Assembly: GCF_030028105.1 (NCBI RefSeq)
Contig: NC_092376.1
Span: 87,866,733 to 87,930,732 of the forward strand
Length of the DNA stretch: 64,000 bases
Reading direction: 5' to 3'
Source: Mobula birostris
Lineage: Eukaryota
The notes under the pieces are model-generated. The model was not told where the DNA came from and searched no databases. It saw only the letters and a program-made list of their open reading frames with translations. Shown piece after piece: positions 34,450 to 45,097 of this stretch (its first letter is position 1; each line of letters opens with the position of its first letter). A program made the translations under genes and the position numbers.

Positions 34450-35959
34450 TATTGATGCTTCTGGACACATCTTCAGTGATGTTCCTGGAATCATTGGGTG
34501 TTTCGGGTCTTTCAACATCATACAACCTCCTCCAGGTGACCCAGCCGGGGCTGATCAGACCCCAGCTTGTGTCCAGATGGCTAGCTACTTATGACTCCAT
34601 GGCTCCCCTCTTTTGAGCCACAGCCATCTTGAGGCCCTCTCTGCCGCATCGGTGGTACTGCGGATGGCTCTCCTCTTCCTCTCTCCCTTGATGCCCAAAA
34701 TGCTGAAGGCTCTAACTAGAGAATGGCCTCCGAATCCCCTACAACCACCCTCCACTTGGAGACACCTTGCTCTCCATCCAGCCTGCTGACAGTTGCTGAC
34801 CAGTCCTGCATACTTGGAGAGCTTCCTTTCAAAGGCCTCTTCCAAGCTATCTTCCCATGGGACTGTCAGCTCCAGCAGCACCACTTGCTTAGTTGACTCA
34901 GACACTAGGACAATGTCTGGTCGCAGGGTGCTAGCTGCGATATGGTTGGGGAACTTCAGCTGCCCTTCGAGGTCCACCAACAGCTGCCAGTCCCTTGCAG
35001 AGGTCAGAATGCCTGCAGATGTTCTTTTGGCAGGTATTGGCTGCTCCCCAGCTCTGACAAAGGTAATGGTCTGCTTGGAGGGTCGGGACCGCTTCGCCCA
35101 CTCAACTCCTGCACTGACGGCTTCAGTGATGGTCTTCAGGACCTGATCATGCCCCCACCTATACCGTCCCTCACCAAGTGTCCTTGTGCAGCCACTGAGG
35201 ATGTGCTCCAGGGTTCCTCGCTTGGAGCACAGTGGGCACGCAGATGACTCTGCCTTGCCCCATGTGTGCAGGTTTGATGGGCTTGGAAGCACATCGTACA
35301 CTGCCTGGATGAGAAATTGGATGCGGTGTGGTTCGGCTTTCTAAAGATCAGCCCAGGTCACTTTCCTCTCAACCGCATTCTCCCATCTTGTCCAAGCTCC
35401 CTGTTGCCATTCCCACCGCCTTGCAGGCTCTCATCTCCTCCACTACTGCTCTCACCTCCTCCTGAACTAGACGACGCCTTTCCTTCCCTCTGGTGTCCAT
35501 TTGGGGAGTTGGAAGGGATCCTAGCCCAGCTCGGCCTCGTGTGACCACTCCCACCAGCCTCCTGTGACGCAGCCTCGCCTCTGCCTCCTGAACAGCTTCC
35601 TCTGCCCTCCACTTCCTGCCAGTACTTACTTGGATCCCTGGTCCAGCCACCTTCGGGTCACTTGAGTCCCTATACTGTCGCACTTTGCTGGCTCTTGTTA
35701 CTTTGAATTCTTCCTCCAAGGATTTGAAGGGCAGTTGCAGTTTGTTTTGGTGTCCATAGAGTGTGATGCTGCTCAGGCTCTTTGGCAGCCCCAGCCATCT
35801 CCTGAGGTGGTTGCTAACCCTCCTCTCTAAGATTTCGACTGTCGAAATCGGAACTGCATAGACGAGGAGGGGCCACAGGATCCTGGGAAGAATACCATGC
35901 TGATACACCCAGGCTTTAAACTTCCCAGGTAGGCCAGACTTGTCCACAGATTTCACCAA
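34450..35959 (-). mobile_element. 5'-truncated HERO (R2-group, RLE) non-LTR retrotransposon
   Basis: VDKSGLPGKFKAWVYQHGILPRILWPL; CCHC motif CPLC...HILSGC; HDQVL; RLE motif RPDIV...LLELTVPWE...ERKLSKY; stop at 34585-34587; tentative 7-bp TSD atacatc at 34443-34449 and 35960-35966. Confidence 0.88.
34460..34577 (-). ncRNA. Structured 3'UTR RNA containing a rearranged hammerhead-like core
   Basis: Six complementary helices, with CUGAAGA, GAAA and GUA each positioned at the expected helix ends (details in findings). Confidence 0.65.
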
Positions 35960-36429
35960 ATACATCAAAACATTTCCTATTCATGTACCTGTCCAAAAGT
36001 CTTTTAAACATTGTAATGGTACCTACCTCTACTACTTTGTTCCATATACCTACCAATCTGGGTGTGAAAATCTTTTTCCTCATATCCCCTCCAAATCAGT
36101 CCCCTCTCACCTTACAACTGTTTCCTTTGGTTTTAGACTCTCCTGTTTGGGAAAAAAGGATTATGCCTCTTATAATTTTATAACTATCTATAAGGCTACC
36201 ATTCAGTCTCCTTTGTTCTGGGGAAAACAGTCCTAGTCTCTTCTTAGAAGTCAAGTCTTCTGACCCAAGCAAAATTCCTATGAATCTTTTCCGCACCTTC
36301 TCTAGCTTAATTGCATACTTCTAATGCTCCATGCAGCTTACCTGTAACGTGATATTCCAACTCCTATACTCTGCTACTGAAGGCAAGCATACTGTATACT
36401 CGCTTCACTTGTCTGCCTACTTAGAGAAT

Positions 36430-36950
36430 GGATAAAGGTTGTGTTGTCATTAGAGAGAGTCCAGATGATGTTCATGATGATGATTCTGGGAATGAAGGAG
36501 TTAACATATGAGGAGTATTTGGCAGCTTTAGGCCTCTACTCATTGGAATTTAGAAGAATGCGGGGGGATCTCATTAAAACCTACTGAATGTTGAAAGGAC
36601 TAGATGGGGTGGATGTGGAGATGGTGTTTCCTACGGTGGGGGTATCCAGAAGCAGAGGGCACAGCCACAAAATTGAGGGGTGACCTTCTAGAACAGAAGT
36701 AAGGAGGAATTTTTTTAGCCAAAGAGTGGTGCATCTGTGGAATGCTCTGCTACAATCTGCCGTGGAGGCCAAGCCCACGGGTATTTTTAAGGCACAAGTT
36801 GATCGTTTCCTGATTGGTCAGGGCATCAGAGGATATGTTAAGAAAGCAGGAGTATGGGGTTGAGTGGGATCAGGGATCAGCCATGATGGCATGGGAGAGC
36901 AGACTTGATGGGCTGAATGGTTTAATTCAGCTCCAATGTCTAATGGTCTA
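36430..36950 (+). mobile_element. CR1 3' end
   Basis: ggcctctactcattggaatttagaagaatgcggggggatctcat (LGLYSLEFRRMRGDL); tail gatgggctgaatggtttaattcagctcc. Confidence 0.85.
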
Positions 36951-36959
36951 CTTGTTCCA

Positions 36960-37490
36960 CGATTTTCAGGGAACTATATACTTGTAACTGTTTAAGGTGT
37001 CATGCTTCAATAAAATCCCTAGGGTCCTGCAGTTCACTGTGTATGTCATGGCATGGGCTAGCTTCTTAAAATGCATAACTCTGCACTTGAAAGAGTTAAA
37101 TTCTATTAGACATTCCCTTACCCTTTTTCCTAAATGATCTAGATTTTGTAGACAACCTTCTATACTGTCCACTATACAACCAATTTTGGTCTCATCTACA
37201 AAGTCACGTCACTTACATCGTCTTACACCTGATTAATATAGAAATGAACAATGAGAAACACAGACTCGATCACTGTAGCACGTCATTGGTTACACATCTC
37301 CAACATGAAAAATGTTCCTCCAACACCACTTACTACCTCCTACCACCAAGCAAATTTGCTATCTCACTCCTTGATAACCCCTCTGGGCCAGCCTTCCATG
37401 TGGAACCTTTCTAAAGTCCATGTAAACATTATCCACTGTCCCCCCCACCCCCCATCAATCTGCTTCATCACCTCCCTAAAAAAAAATCAA
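36960..37490 (-). mobile_element. Degenerate CR1 RT fragment
   Basis: ccatgtggaacctttctaaagtccatgtaaac (VYMDF-KVPHG on the - strand); IEFNSFKCRVMHF. Confidence 0.7.
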
Positions 37491-37962
37491 CATGCCCCAA
37501 TACGTGCGGTTAAAATTGACATCACTGATGGATTATAATCAATTATGAACAGTTTCATCTCCTCGTGCCACTGGGATGATGCCCCCTTTGCCGGATATAA
37601 AGAGGCTCTGTCTGGCCTGGTCCTTGGATGTGAAGTCTGACCCACCGTTAGACTGGATTTAATATTTCTACTGAGCCCTCGATCCTTCCGGGCATATACT
37701 TTGGCCATTTCCTTCATATGTTGTTGAAGTATTCGTCCTGTGACTTGGAATCCATGAAAAAGGATAGTGCTTTTTTTTGGAATCCATGACTTACTTAAGT
37801 TTCCTTTCTATCTCCACAACCACGTGGAACTGCTGACTGTTCATACTCTCTCACACCCCCATTCATTGTGAGTTTAATGTCTGCTTGGTCTGTCATATAT
37901 TGTTAGGTGTTAGTCCCTTGGCGTTATGTAAACAAAGGTCGTTCTCTCTGTGGCCTGACTGG

Positions 37963-38215
37963 TAACACAAGAGATCCTGCAGATGCTGGAAATCACAAGC
38001 AACATGCACAAAACCTTGGAGGAACTCAGCAAGTCTAGCAGCTTCTATGGAAAGGAATTAACGGTCGACATTTTGGACTGGAAAAGAAGGGGGCAGGAGC
38101 CAGAAGAAGAAGGTGGGGGAGGGGAAGGAGGGCAAGCAGTCAGGTGATAGCTGAAATCAAGTGAGGAGAAAGTGGATGTGTGAGGGAGGGGCATGAAGTA
38201 AGAAGCTGGGATGTT
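37963..38215 (-). mobile_element. Penelope-type 3' repeat
   Basis: aacacaagagatcctgcagatgctggaaatc...ggaggaactcagcaagtctagcagc...ggtcgacattttgg, then a purine-rich tract; hammerhead stem II region deleted. Confidence 0.65.
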
Positions 38216-39044
38216 CCTGCTAGTAAAACCATGTTGTTAGGCCATTCTTTAGTTCATTCTTTGTGAAACCTTGCTATGCATGTACTGACAGATGTCATTG
38301 TGTGCATAACAGTGACTGCACTTCCAAAAACAGTTCATTGGTTATAAAGCGTTTGGAATTTCCTAAAATAGTTACAAGATGTTTTATAAATCCAAGCCTT
38401 TTCATGGTTGTTAACATAATTATCTTTAAACCACAAACTCACAAGGCAATGAAAACATTTGTAATGTTGCTCCAAGGAAAATTACTTACTTTGCACACTT
38501 TATAGATTGACTGTACAATCATAAAAGATTGGCTGTCGAAGCTTGTTTCGAGTCTGCCAGCCAGAAACAAAACTAAACTTTTATTTTGTTTTTGGCCAAT
38601 ATTATTTTGCAAACTAATTTTGCAAGAGAATCTGTTCTATGAAATATAAGTAGGTGACAGAAATGGCAGTGATTGATAATAGTTTGACAGGATTCAACAA
38701 CAGAGTGAACTAAATTGTTCATTGTCATTACCTAAACTTTGCCAATTGTGGTCTATTAAATTTAATTGTTTCTAATGAATATTTGTGTTCACTAAAGAGA
38801 AAAGAAATGCTCAGCAGAGAATATTGTGTCCTTTGTGTGTTTACTGTATGGAAATGATGAGCTAATTGTGTGATACTTTCTGACTTTTGAATGGTCCAGT
38901 ATTACAACAGTTCAGGGTGACCAAGAAATTTCTGGCAGCTTCAAACATGGGTGATTAATAATTACTGAATTGTTTATGAGTTTGTAATTAACTTTAAGAG
39001 AAATAATTTGAGCAAGGATAACGTGCTTTTTGGAGACAATTTTG

Positions 39045-39660
39045 GAGTGCGGAGCTTAGTCAAGATGGTGCTGAATGGTGACTGTTGCTTGCATCTTTGG
39101 AAACAGCTCTATTTCCATCTTCAATATCTCTATTTTTCCCTTTCAGGGTTCTTTTGGAGACCCTGACCTGGAGTTACATGCTGAATTTGGTTCTTTGAGG
39201 GAATGGGACTTGATCTCAGGGCCTCACGACTGGCCGTTATCTGACATGCCAAGGGCGCGGCCTAAGAATTTGACACGCCTTTGGAGGCCTAGGATCTCAG
39301 GGCTCTGGAGATGTGCAGATTAAATGTTAGTGTTCCAGACTTGTGTGTTGTGGGAGCTGGAGGATCATTGACTGTGTGCCCAGAGACCTGAGATCTTCAC
39401 TCGCAGAGCTCGGAAAAAGCGACGCAACGAACTTCTAACATCCGTTACCATTTGTTGGTGGGGGGAGGGTGGATCATAGTTTGCTGCTGCTTATGCACGG
39501 GAGGGAGAGGAGCTGGGGCGGACTTAGTGTTTCTAACATTTAACTGTCATTCATTCTTAGGAGCACTCTGTTTTTGTGGATGCTTGTGAAGAAAAAAAAT
39601 TTCAGGATGTATATTGTATACATACTTCTGACATTAAATGTACTTTCGAAACCTTTGAAA
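39045..39660 (+). mobile_element. Apparently complete non-autonomous Rex1-type retroposon
   Basis: 5' caagatgg start motif, CpG-containing non-coding body, tail aatttcaggatgtatattgtatacat...gacattaaatgtactttcga. Confidence 0.65.
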
Positions 39661-40531
39661 GAGCTGCTTTAACATAAAAGAATTTGATGTAGCTGTGAAA
39701 AATTTAAACATTTAATTTAATCTTAATTTCATGAAATAATGAGTCATCTCCCATTCATCAGGATTATTAGGTGTTCAGAATACTGTGTGCTTGAAGCTCA
39801 CAAATATTTGCTGTTAATTTTCCTTGTTAAGAATTGTATACAGAAATCTAAAACATACCTGGGATGAAATCAGACTTTGACACTTCCCATGTGATATATT
39901 TTGACTAAATATGTACTTCAGGAAATATATTGCTACAATAATTTGGCTTTTGGCTTTATAATGATGGAGTTAACATAAAATGGTCTTCTAGTGCAGTAAG
40001 AGCTTTCGTTGTTCGTGAGCCAACTAAGAGTCTGATTGTGAGCTTGATATTTGAAGATATTTGGGATGCAGTGGTTAGCATGTATGATGAGAGATCCAGG
40101 CAAAGATGGCTCAGACCCAAGTGTCTGAGTATTTGACCAGAATAGAGACAAGATACGAAACTGGAATGAGAACGTGGTTTCAAACTAGCGGCTAGATGAG
40201 AATCCAAAGATGAGCACTGAACTTCAGTTCAGGTGCTCTTTAAATATTAAAATCCTGCTACCAAAACAGGTCTGCCAATTAGCGGGACAGGCCTGAATCG
40301 TTAATGTGGTCATACCAGCATTCCGTATTCTCGGGAGTTGGAGGATCTGAACCCCAGAAGCTGGTGCAGTTGGGTGAGTATCATAACAGTCCTGTGGTTA
40401 GGCTAGTGTTAAATAGGTGTGTTGCTGGCTGGTGCAGCTCATTGGCACAGAACCATACAACCATATAACAAGTACAGCACAGAAACAGGTCATCTCAGCC
40501 CTTCTAGTCCGTGCCGAATGCTTACATTCAC

Positions 40532-43350
40532 CTAGTCCCACTGACCTGCACTCAGCCCATAACCCTCCAATTCTTTCCTGTCTATATACCTATCCAATTT
40601 TTCCTTCAATGACAATAACAAACCTGCCTCTACCACGTCCACTGGAAGCTCATTCCACACAGCCACCACTCTCTGAGTAAAGAAGTTCTCCCTTGTGGTA
40701 CCCCTAAACTTTTGCCCCCTAACTCTCAACTCATGTCCTCTTGTTTGAATCTCCCCCACTCTCAATGGAAAAAGCCTATCCACGTCAATTCTATCTATCC
40801 CCCTCATAATTTTAAACACCTCTATCAAGTCCCCTCTCAACCTTCTACACACCAAAGAATAAAGACCCAACTTGTTCAACCTTTCTCTGTAACTCAGCTG
40901 CTGAAACCCAGGTAACATTCTAGCAAATCTTCTCTGTACTCTCTCTATTTTGTTGAAATCTTTCCTATAATTTGGTGACCAGAACTGTACACAATACTCC
41001 AAATTTGGCCTCACCAATGCCTTGTACAATTTTAACATTACATCCCATCTCCTATACTCATTTATAAAGGCCAGCATACCAAAAGCTTTCTTCACCACCC
41101 TATCCACATGAGATTCCACCTTCAGGGAACTCTGCACCATTATTCCTAGATCACTCTGTCCTACTGCATTCTTCAATGCCTTACCATTTACCATGTATAT
41201 CCTATTTTGATTAGTCCTACCAAAATGTAGCACCTCACATTTATCAGCATTGAACTCCATCTGCCATCTTTCAGCCCACTCTTCTAACTGGCCTAAAACT
41301 CTCTACAAGCTTTGAAAACATGCTTCATTATCCACAACTCCACCTATCTTAGTATCATCTGCATACTGACTAATCCAATTTACCACCCTTATTATCCAGA
41401 TCATTAATGTATATGACAAACAACATTAGACCCAGTACAGATCCCTGAGGCACACCACTAGTCACCGGCTTCCAACCTGACAAACAGTTATCCACCGGTA
41501 CTCTCTGACATCTCCCATCCAGCCACTGTTGAATCCATTTTACTACTTCAATACTAATACCTAACGATTGAACCTTCTTAACTAACCTTCCGTGTGGAAC
41601 TTTGTCAAAGGTCTTACTGAAGTCCATTTAGACAACATCCACTGCTTTACCCTCATCAACTTTCCTAGTAACCTCTTAAAAAAATTTAATAAGATTTGTC
41701 AAACATGACCTTCCATGCATAAATCCATGTTGACTGTTCCTAGTCAGACCATGTCTATCCAGATAATTATATATACCATCTCCAAGAACACTTTCCATTA
41801 ATTTACCCACCACTGACATCAAACTTACAAACCGATAATTACCAGGTTTACTCTTAGAACCCTTTTTAAACAATGGGACAACATGAGCAATACGCCGATC
41901 CTCTGGCACCATCCCCGTTTCTAATGACATTTGAAATATTTCTGTCAGAGCCCCTGCTATTTCTACACTAACTTCCCTCAAGGTCCTAGGGAATATCCTG
42001 TCAGGACCTGGAGACTTATCCACTTTTATATTCCTTAAAAGCACCAGTACTTCTTCTTCTTTGATCATCATAGTTTCCATAACTTCCCTACTTGTTTCCC
42101 TTACCTTACACAATTGCATATCCTTCTCCTTAGTGAATAACAAAGAAAAGAAATTGTTCAAAATCTCCCCCATCTCTTTTGGCTCCACACATAGCTGTCC
42201 ACTCTGATTCTTAAGGGACCAATTTTATCCCTCACTGTCCTTTTGCTATTAATATAACTGTAGGAACACTTTGGATTTATTTTCACCTTACTTTCCAAAG
42301 CAACCTCATATCTGCTTTTAGCTTTTCTAATTTCTTTCTTAAGATTCTTTTTACATTCTTTATATTCCTTGAGCACCTCATTTACTCCATGCTGCCTATA
42401 TTTATTGTAGATATCTCTCTTTTTCGAACCAAGTTTCCTTTATCCCTTAAAAACCATGGCTCTCTCAAACTTTTAACCTTTCCTTTCAACCTAACAGGAA
42501 CATAAGGATTTTGTACCCTCAAAATTTCACCTTTAAATGACCTCCATTTCTCTATTACATCCTTCTCATAAAACAAATTGTCCCAATCCACTGCTTCTAA
42601 ATCCTTTCGCATCTCCTCAAAGTTAGCCTTTCTCCAATCAAAAATCTCAACCCTGGGTCCAAACCTATCCTCCTCGATAGATATATTGAAACTAATGGCA
42701 TTGTGATCTCTGGACCCGAAGTGCTCCCCAGCACATACCTCCGTCACCTGATCGATCTCATTCCCTGACAGGAGATCCAACACTGCCCCTTCTTTAGTCG
42801 GTATCTCTATGTATTGCTGCAAAAAAATATCCTGCACACATCTTACAAACTCCAAACCATGCAGCCCTTTTACAGTATGGGCTTCCCAGTCTATGTGTGG
42901 AAAATTAAAATCTCCCACAATCACAACCTTGTGCTTACTGCAAATATCTGTTATCTCCTCACAAATTTGCTCCTCCAATTCTCACTCCCCATTAGGTGGT
43001 CTGTAATACACCCCTATAAGAGTTATTACACCTCTTCCATTCTTCAATTCCACCCAAATAGCCTCCCTAGATGAGCCCTCTAATCTATCCTGCCACAGCA
43101 CCGCTGTAATATTTTCTCTGACAAGCAATGAAACACCACCAACCCCGCCCGCCCCCGCCCGTTCCTCTGATTCTATCACACTTGAGCAATGAAATCCAGG
43201 AATATTTAGTTTCCAATCACATCCCGCCTGCAACCATGTTTCGTAATAGCTACAACATCATACTTCCAGATGTCAATCCACGCTCGAAGTTCATCCACCT
43301 TTCTTATAACGCTCCTAGCATTAAAATAAATGCATTTAAGAAATTTTCCA
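40532..43350 (-). pseudogene. CR1 ORF2 (APE + RT), several frameshifts and stops
   Basis: [81 protein letters not shown]. Confidence 0.92.
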
Positions 43351-43449
43351 CCTCTTGCTCTCTGTTTATCGCTAATAGTGCAAATAACTTTACTATCTTC
43401 TTTTTCTTCCTTGTCCCCTACATCTGTTCCGACACTTTGGTTCCCCTCC

Positions 43450-44382
43450 CCTTTGTATCTAGTTTAAGTCTACTGGAGCCTCTCTAGCAAACTTACCCCC
43501 TCCAGTTCAGATGTAAACTGTCCCACTGAAACAGGTCTCACCTTCCCTGGAAAACTGCCCAATTATCTATAAGTCTGAAGCCCTCCTTCTTGCACCATGT
43601 CTTCAGCCACATGCTGATCTGCGCTATCTTATTATTTTTAAACCTGCCTGCACGTGGCACTGGTAGCAATCCTGAGATTGCTATCCTGGAGGTCCTGTCC
43701 TTTAACTTGGCGCCTAACTCCCTAACCTCACCTTTCAGGACCACCTCACTCTTCCTACCCACGTCATATGTCCCTACATGAACCACGACATCTGGCTGCT
43801 CACCCTCCCTCTTGAGAATACTGAGAATTTGATCTGAGATATTGCGGACCCTGGCACCAGGGAGGCAACAGACCATCCGGGATTCTCTATCTCTTCCACA
43901 GAACCTCTTATCTGTCCCCCTAACTATCAAATCCCCTATCACTACCGATCTCCTCTTTTCCCTCCTTCTCTTCTGAGCTGAGAGTCCCATCTCGGTTTCA
44001 GAGATGCAACCACTGCAACTTGTCCCTGGTAGATTGTCCCCATCAACAGTATCCAAAACGCTGTACTTATTATTGGTGGGAACGGCCACAGGGGTGCTCT
44101 GCTCATTCTGTCTATTCCTCTTCCCTCTCCTGACAGTCACCTGACTCCTGTCTCCTGACTCTTAGGGGTGACTATCTCCCTGTAACTCCTCTCTATTTCT
44201 GCCTCTGCCTCCCGAATGATCCAAAGTTCATCCAGCTCCAGCTCCAGCTCCCTAACTCGGTTTGTCAGGAGCTGCAGCTGGATGCACCTTTCACAGGTGT
44301 AGATATCAGGGACGAGTGTGCTCGCCCTGACTTCCCACATTCTGCAAACGGAGCACTCAACTGCCCTAACTGCTGCCTCCAT
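43450..44382 (-). pseudogene. CR1 ORF1: zinc finger/leucine zipper + SGNH esterase domain
   Basis: CSVC...CERC, LQLLTNRVRELELELDEL; VIGDL (GDS), CLPGARV, VHVGTYD (GxND), WDSLHL (DxxH). Confidence 0.88.
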
Positions 44383-44680
44383 TACCCTCTCCTAAAGTAA
44401 TTAGATTAATTAAAGGAACTTACCCGGCCTACCTTACTGGGAGCAAGCTCGTCTTTAGCCTCTGCTCGCTGAAGTCCCTTGAGCCAAAGCCTTCCTACTC
44501 TGTCTCCCACTACGATGCCGCCCTTTCCGTCAATCTGTTCGCTTTTAAACTCTTCCGCTGCCTCACGGTCCGACTTTCACGCTCTTGCGCAGTTGTGCCC
44601 CGTTCAACTGCTGAAGAACTGCCAAAGAAGGACCTGTTCCATGCTGTAAACTGTAAATAAAATAAATAAATAAAATAAAA

Positions 44681-44812
44681 TGCAGCTGGGCCTGAAGCCT
44701 GAAACATTAGTTGCAGTTGGGCCTGAGGCCCGAGGTATTAGGTGCAGCTGGGCCAGATGCCTGAGGCATTAGGTGCAGCTGGGCCTGAGCCCTGAGCCAT
44801 TAGGTGCAGTTG
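44681..44812. repeat. 31-bp minisatellite, about 4.3 copies
   Basis: tgcagYtgggcctgaNgcctgagNcattagg units start at 44681, 44712, 44743 and 44774. Confidence 0.9.
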
Positions 44813-45010
44813 AATCACAATTAAATAAGAACAAAATTTTTTCTCAAAATCTTCTTTTTCAAAAGTAAAGACCAGGCTTGTGTATGCAACCAGGGTTGAA
44901 TGAAGGAGAAATCCATGGGTAAGGCTATGGGAAATAGATGGAAACTAAATGTAGGATTGTGCCAAGTGTCAAGTATGACCAAACAATAGTAGTGGGGTTA
45001 AAGTAACTCC

Positions 45011-45097
45011 TTCTGGTGAAGGGTCTCTTCTGAAACATCAGCTGTTCACTTCCCTCCATAGATGCTGCCTGACTTGCTGAGTTCCTCCAGCTGTTTC
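45011..45097 (+). mobile_element. Penelope-type repeat with decayed hammerhead
   Basis: ctggtgaagggtctcttctgaaacatcagctg...tagatgctgcctgacttgctgagttcctccag. Confidence 0.65.

Larger units (their letters stand above)
34336..36420 (-). mobile_element. CR1 3' fragment interrupted by HERO
   Basis: CR1 tail at 34336-34440 continues at about 35960; RLGLFSPEQRRLNGSLIDSYKII. Confidence 0.7.
40449..44620 (-). mobile_element. Full-length CR1 LINE (5'UTR, ORF1, ORF2, 3'UTR), inserted into an older SINE/CR1 tail
   Basis: CpG-rich 5'UTR at 44383-44620, ORF1 and ORF2 collinear, short repeated tail at about 40449-40470. Confidence 0.92.

Noticed and set aside
44390-44440. GT...AG intron in the CR1 5'UTR on the - strand
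   Set aside because: Only about 32-41 nt between donor and acceptor, too short for a typical vertebrate intron.
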